DNA from: Nitrospira sp.
GTDB lineage: Bacteria; Nitrospirota; Nitrospiria; Nitrospirales; Nitrospiraceae
Direction: 5' to 3'
Length of the DNA stretch: 64,000 nt
Assembly: GCA_047150005.1 (NCBI GenBank)
Contig: AP038806.1
Location: forward strand, 1,440,001-1,504,000
The first letter of the stretch is position 1, and each line of letters starts with the position of its first letter. Shown here piece after piece: positions 62,123 to 64,000 of the stretch. The translations under genes and the position numbers were made by a program. The notes beneath the pieces were generated by a model. That model saw only the letters and a list, made by a program, of their open reading frames with translations, did no database searches and was not told the origin of the DNA.

Positions 62123-63025
62123 TCACGAAGGGAACGAGCGAGGGAACCGCTTCCCGGCGAGGACGGGGCAGGATGCGAGACGCAAGACGGTTTCCGCAAC
62201 GCTGCCTCGGAGCAGGCGTGAAATCCCGCGCCGGCCATGCGTCCCCATGACAATGAGATCGCAAGCCGACGCTCGAACAAAGTCGAGAATCGAATCGGCC
62301 GGCATCCCGCCGCGAATCACCCGTTGGGCCACGACGCCGGCCGACTCGCTCCTGCTCACATAGCTTCCGAGTCGGGCGTCGATCCGCTCGTCGACACCTC
62401 CCTCCTCCATCGCCTGACGTAGCGTCAAATCGTCGCCGTAGGACAGGGGCTCCAGGACATGGAGGAGGGTCACGGACGCCTCGAAGGTCTTCGCCACATG
62501 AATGCCGAACTCGAAGGCATTCACCGAGCATTCGGAAAAGTCGATCGGAATGGCGATATGCTCGAAGCTGATCGGAACCTGAGCAGGCTTCCCTGCGGCG
62601 CGTGTCACCTCTCTGACGGTCAGCACGGGACAGGGAGCGGTGATGAGGACTCGTTCGGCGGTGCTGCCCAAGAGAATGTGCTCGAGCCCGGTCCTTCCAT
62701 GGGTGCCCATGACGATAACATCCGCCCGCCAGTCCGCTGCTGCCGCGCATATCTGGACACTGGGAATTCCGGTCGACTGATGACCGGTCACTGGAAGCAT
62801 CGATCGCTGAAGGCACTGGACCGTATCGGCCAGCATTCCGTCCGTTTCCCGATAATCTTGCACTCCGGCGTAGACCCCGGGATACAATTCCGACACATGG
62901 ATGACATCGACCGAGGCCCCGTAGGCCGAGCCTAGCAGTGCCGCATACTCCGCGGCGTGACGGGCACAGGTAGAAAAGTCGGTTGCGAACAGCAACCGTT
63001 TGATGCCGCCGTGCTTCGTCGCCAC
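62123..63025 (-). CDS. Universal stress protein with tandem USP domains
   Basis: Two copies of ATDFS/PIDFS ... IVMGTHGR.G...GS.AE.V...CPVL. Confidence 0.93.
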   Translation of the reverse strand: MATKHGGIKRLLFATDFSTCARHAAEYAALLGSAYGASVDVIHVSELYPGVYAGVQDYRETDGMLADTVQCLQRSMLPVTGHQSTGIPSVQICAAAADWRADVIVMGTHGRTGLEHILLGSTAERVLITAPCPVLTVREVTRAAGKPAQVPISFEHIAIPIDFSECSVNAFEFGIHVAKTFEASVTLLHVLEPLSYGDDLTLRQAMEEGGVDERIDARLGSYVSRSESAGVVAQRVIRGGMPADSILDFVRASACDLIVMGTHGRRGISRLLRGSVAETVLRLASCPVLAGKRFPRSFPS

Positions 63026-63059
63026 GTCACCTACTTCTCATGCCGCGATGCCTCGCTTA

Positions 63060-63497
63060 CTAGCCCACATTATTATTCATGAGCGGTTCGTGACGAAACC
63101 GCCAAGACGCCAGGCGAGACGGGCACTTTGAGCCCCTACGATTCAATTGTTCCAAGATCTCCTTCAGGACCAGCGCCTGGTTATGCTCCTCATCGGCTGC
63201 GCCATACACCAACGTGATCGTCCTTTTGTGTGAGAGGAGCGCAAGCTCCTTCAGCCCATCCTTCATTCCCGACCGAATCAACTCCCTTCGGTATCGTCTG
63301 CGAAATTCGATCCATCTGCCGGGTTCATGCCCGAACCATTTGCGGAGCGACGTGGTCGGTGCCAAGTCTTTTCGCCATTGAACGATGCGCGCTCGTTCTT
63401 TACTGATCCCTCGTGGCCACACTCGATCCACGAGGATCCTCACTCCGTCACTCGGTCGAGGCGTCTCGTATATCCGTTTGATGCGTATCACGGGCAA
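63060..63497 (-). CDS. DUF488 (YeaO-like) protein
   Basis: IKRIYE, DGVRILVDRVWPRG, LAPTTSLRKWF.H, EFRRRY, TLVYGA.DEEHNQA. Confidence 0.88.
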   Translation of the reverse strand: MPVIRIKRIYETPRPSDGVRILVDRVWPRGISKERARIVQWRKDLAPTTSLRKWFGHEPGRWIEFRRRYRRELIRSGMKDGLKELALLSHKRTITLVYGAADEEHNQALVLKEILEQLNRRGSKCPSRLASWRFRHEPLMNNNVG

Positions 63498-63511
63498 CTC
63501 CTCTGCAATCG

Positions 63512-64000
63512 CTAGTCGCTGCGGCGTGAACCGGGCGGCACCGCGACGTCGATGACCTGGTTTTCGTCGTCAACAAGGAGGACCACCGCATCGCCTTTGG
63601 AGAGCTTCGCCAGCCTCGGCTGAGCGAGCGGACGTACCTCGTAGGCCAGGTCTGTGCCATCCTCGGTTCTGATGGCAACTCCGTTGTTCTCCAGCGGGGC
63701 CAGGATCACGCCGGTAATTCTGGCGAAGTTTCCCTTCAAGGGAGTTTTCTGTCGCCAGAGTTCCGCTGCGCGATGCACCGCTTCCATGGTGCCGAAGGTC
63801 ACGTCCACAATCCTGTCCGATTCATCGATGAGAAACACGGCGGCGACGCCGACAGGAACCGACGCCATCTTGCTTCTTGCCACCGGTCTGATGAAGTGAG
63901 ACTCCTCTAGCCCGGAAGTCGAGCGAAGAACCGCCCGATCATGCCCCGTCACCAGGGGTTGAATGAGTTGGCCTTCAACGACGCGATGATAGCTCGCCTC
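63512..64000 (-). CDS. Hypothetical protein, 5' end beyond the window
   Basis: Frame is open from 64000 to the stop at 63512; internal repeats (FLIDESDRIVDV / LLVDDENQVIDV). Confidence 0.65.
   Translation of the reverse strand, partial: EASYHRVVEGQLIQPLVTGHDRAVLRSTSGLEESHFIRPVARSKMASVPVGVAAVFLIDESDRIVDVTFGTMEAVHRAAELWRQKTPLKGNFARITGVILAPLENNGVAIRTEDGTDLAYEVRPLAQPRLAKLSKGDAVVLLVDDENQVIDVAVPPGSRRSD

Noticed and set aside
62118..62200. tmRNA gene or integration site next to smpB
   Set aside because: The USP gene ends 5 nt after smpB; there is no room and no tRNA-like ends

Overview
High-GC bacterial chromosomal segment. Gene content and style suggest a Nitrospira-like organism (inference). It carries the replication-origin region (DnaA boxes, dnaA-dnaN-gyrB-gyrA, DciA-like DUF721, smpB) and housekeeping genes (leuCD, corA, msrA, ettA, selO, thyX-like, hisS, tldD/tldE). 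It also carries a hopanoid C-3 methylase (hpnR), a SulP transporter, an orphan PilB/GspE ATPase with two PilZ proteins, and a DsrE/F/H-like trio just upstream of the origin. The most interesting locus (35.5-44.7 kb) is an expanded DAB/MpsAB-type inorganic-carbon pump: a divergent DUF2294 (MpsC-family) gene, two tandem DabB/NuoL-like paralogs, a NuoM-like subunit that has lost its charged residues, DabA (DUF2309) and an SbtB-like P-II protein. Both DabB paralogs are preceded by the same 31-bp promoter-like motif, but only the first has a ~200-nt structured leader ending in an intrinsic terminator, which is a candidate undescribed attenuator or riboswitch. Immediately downstream is an AT-richer island with a SmaI-like type II restriction-modification system. 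It is bounded by a palindromic MITE-like element on one side and a truncated vapBC-like module on the other. No rRNA, tRNA or CRISPR array was recognised. All family calls come from motif recognition by eye, not database searches.
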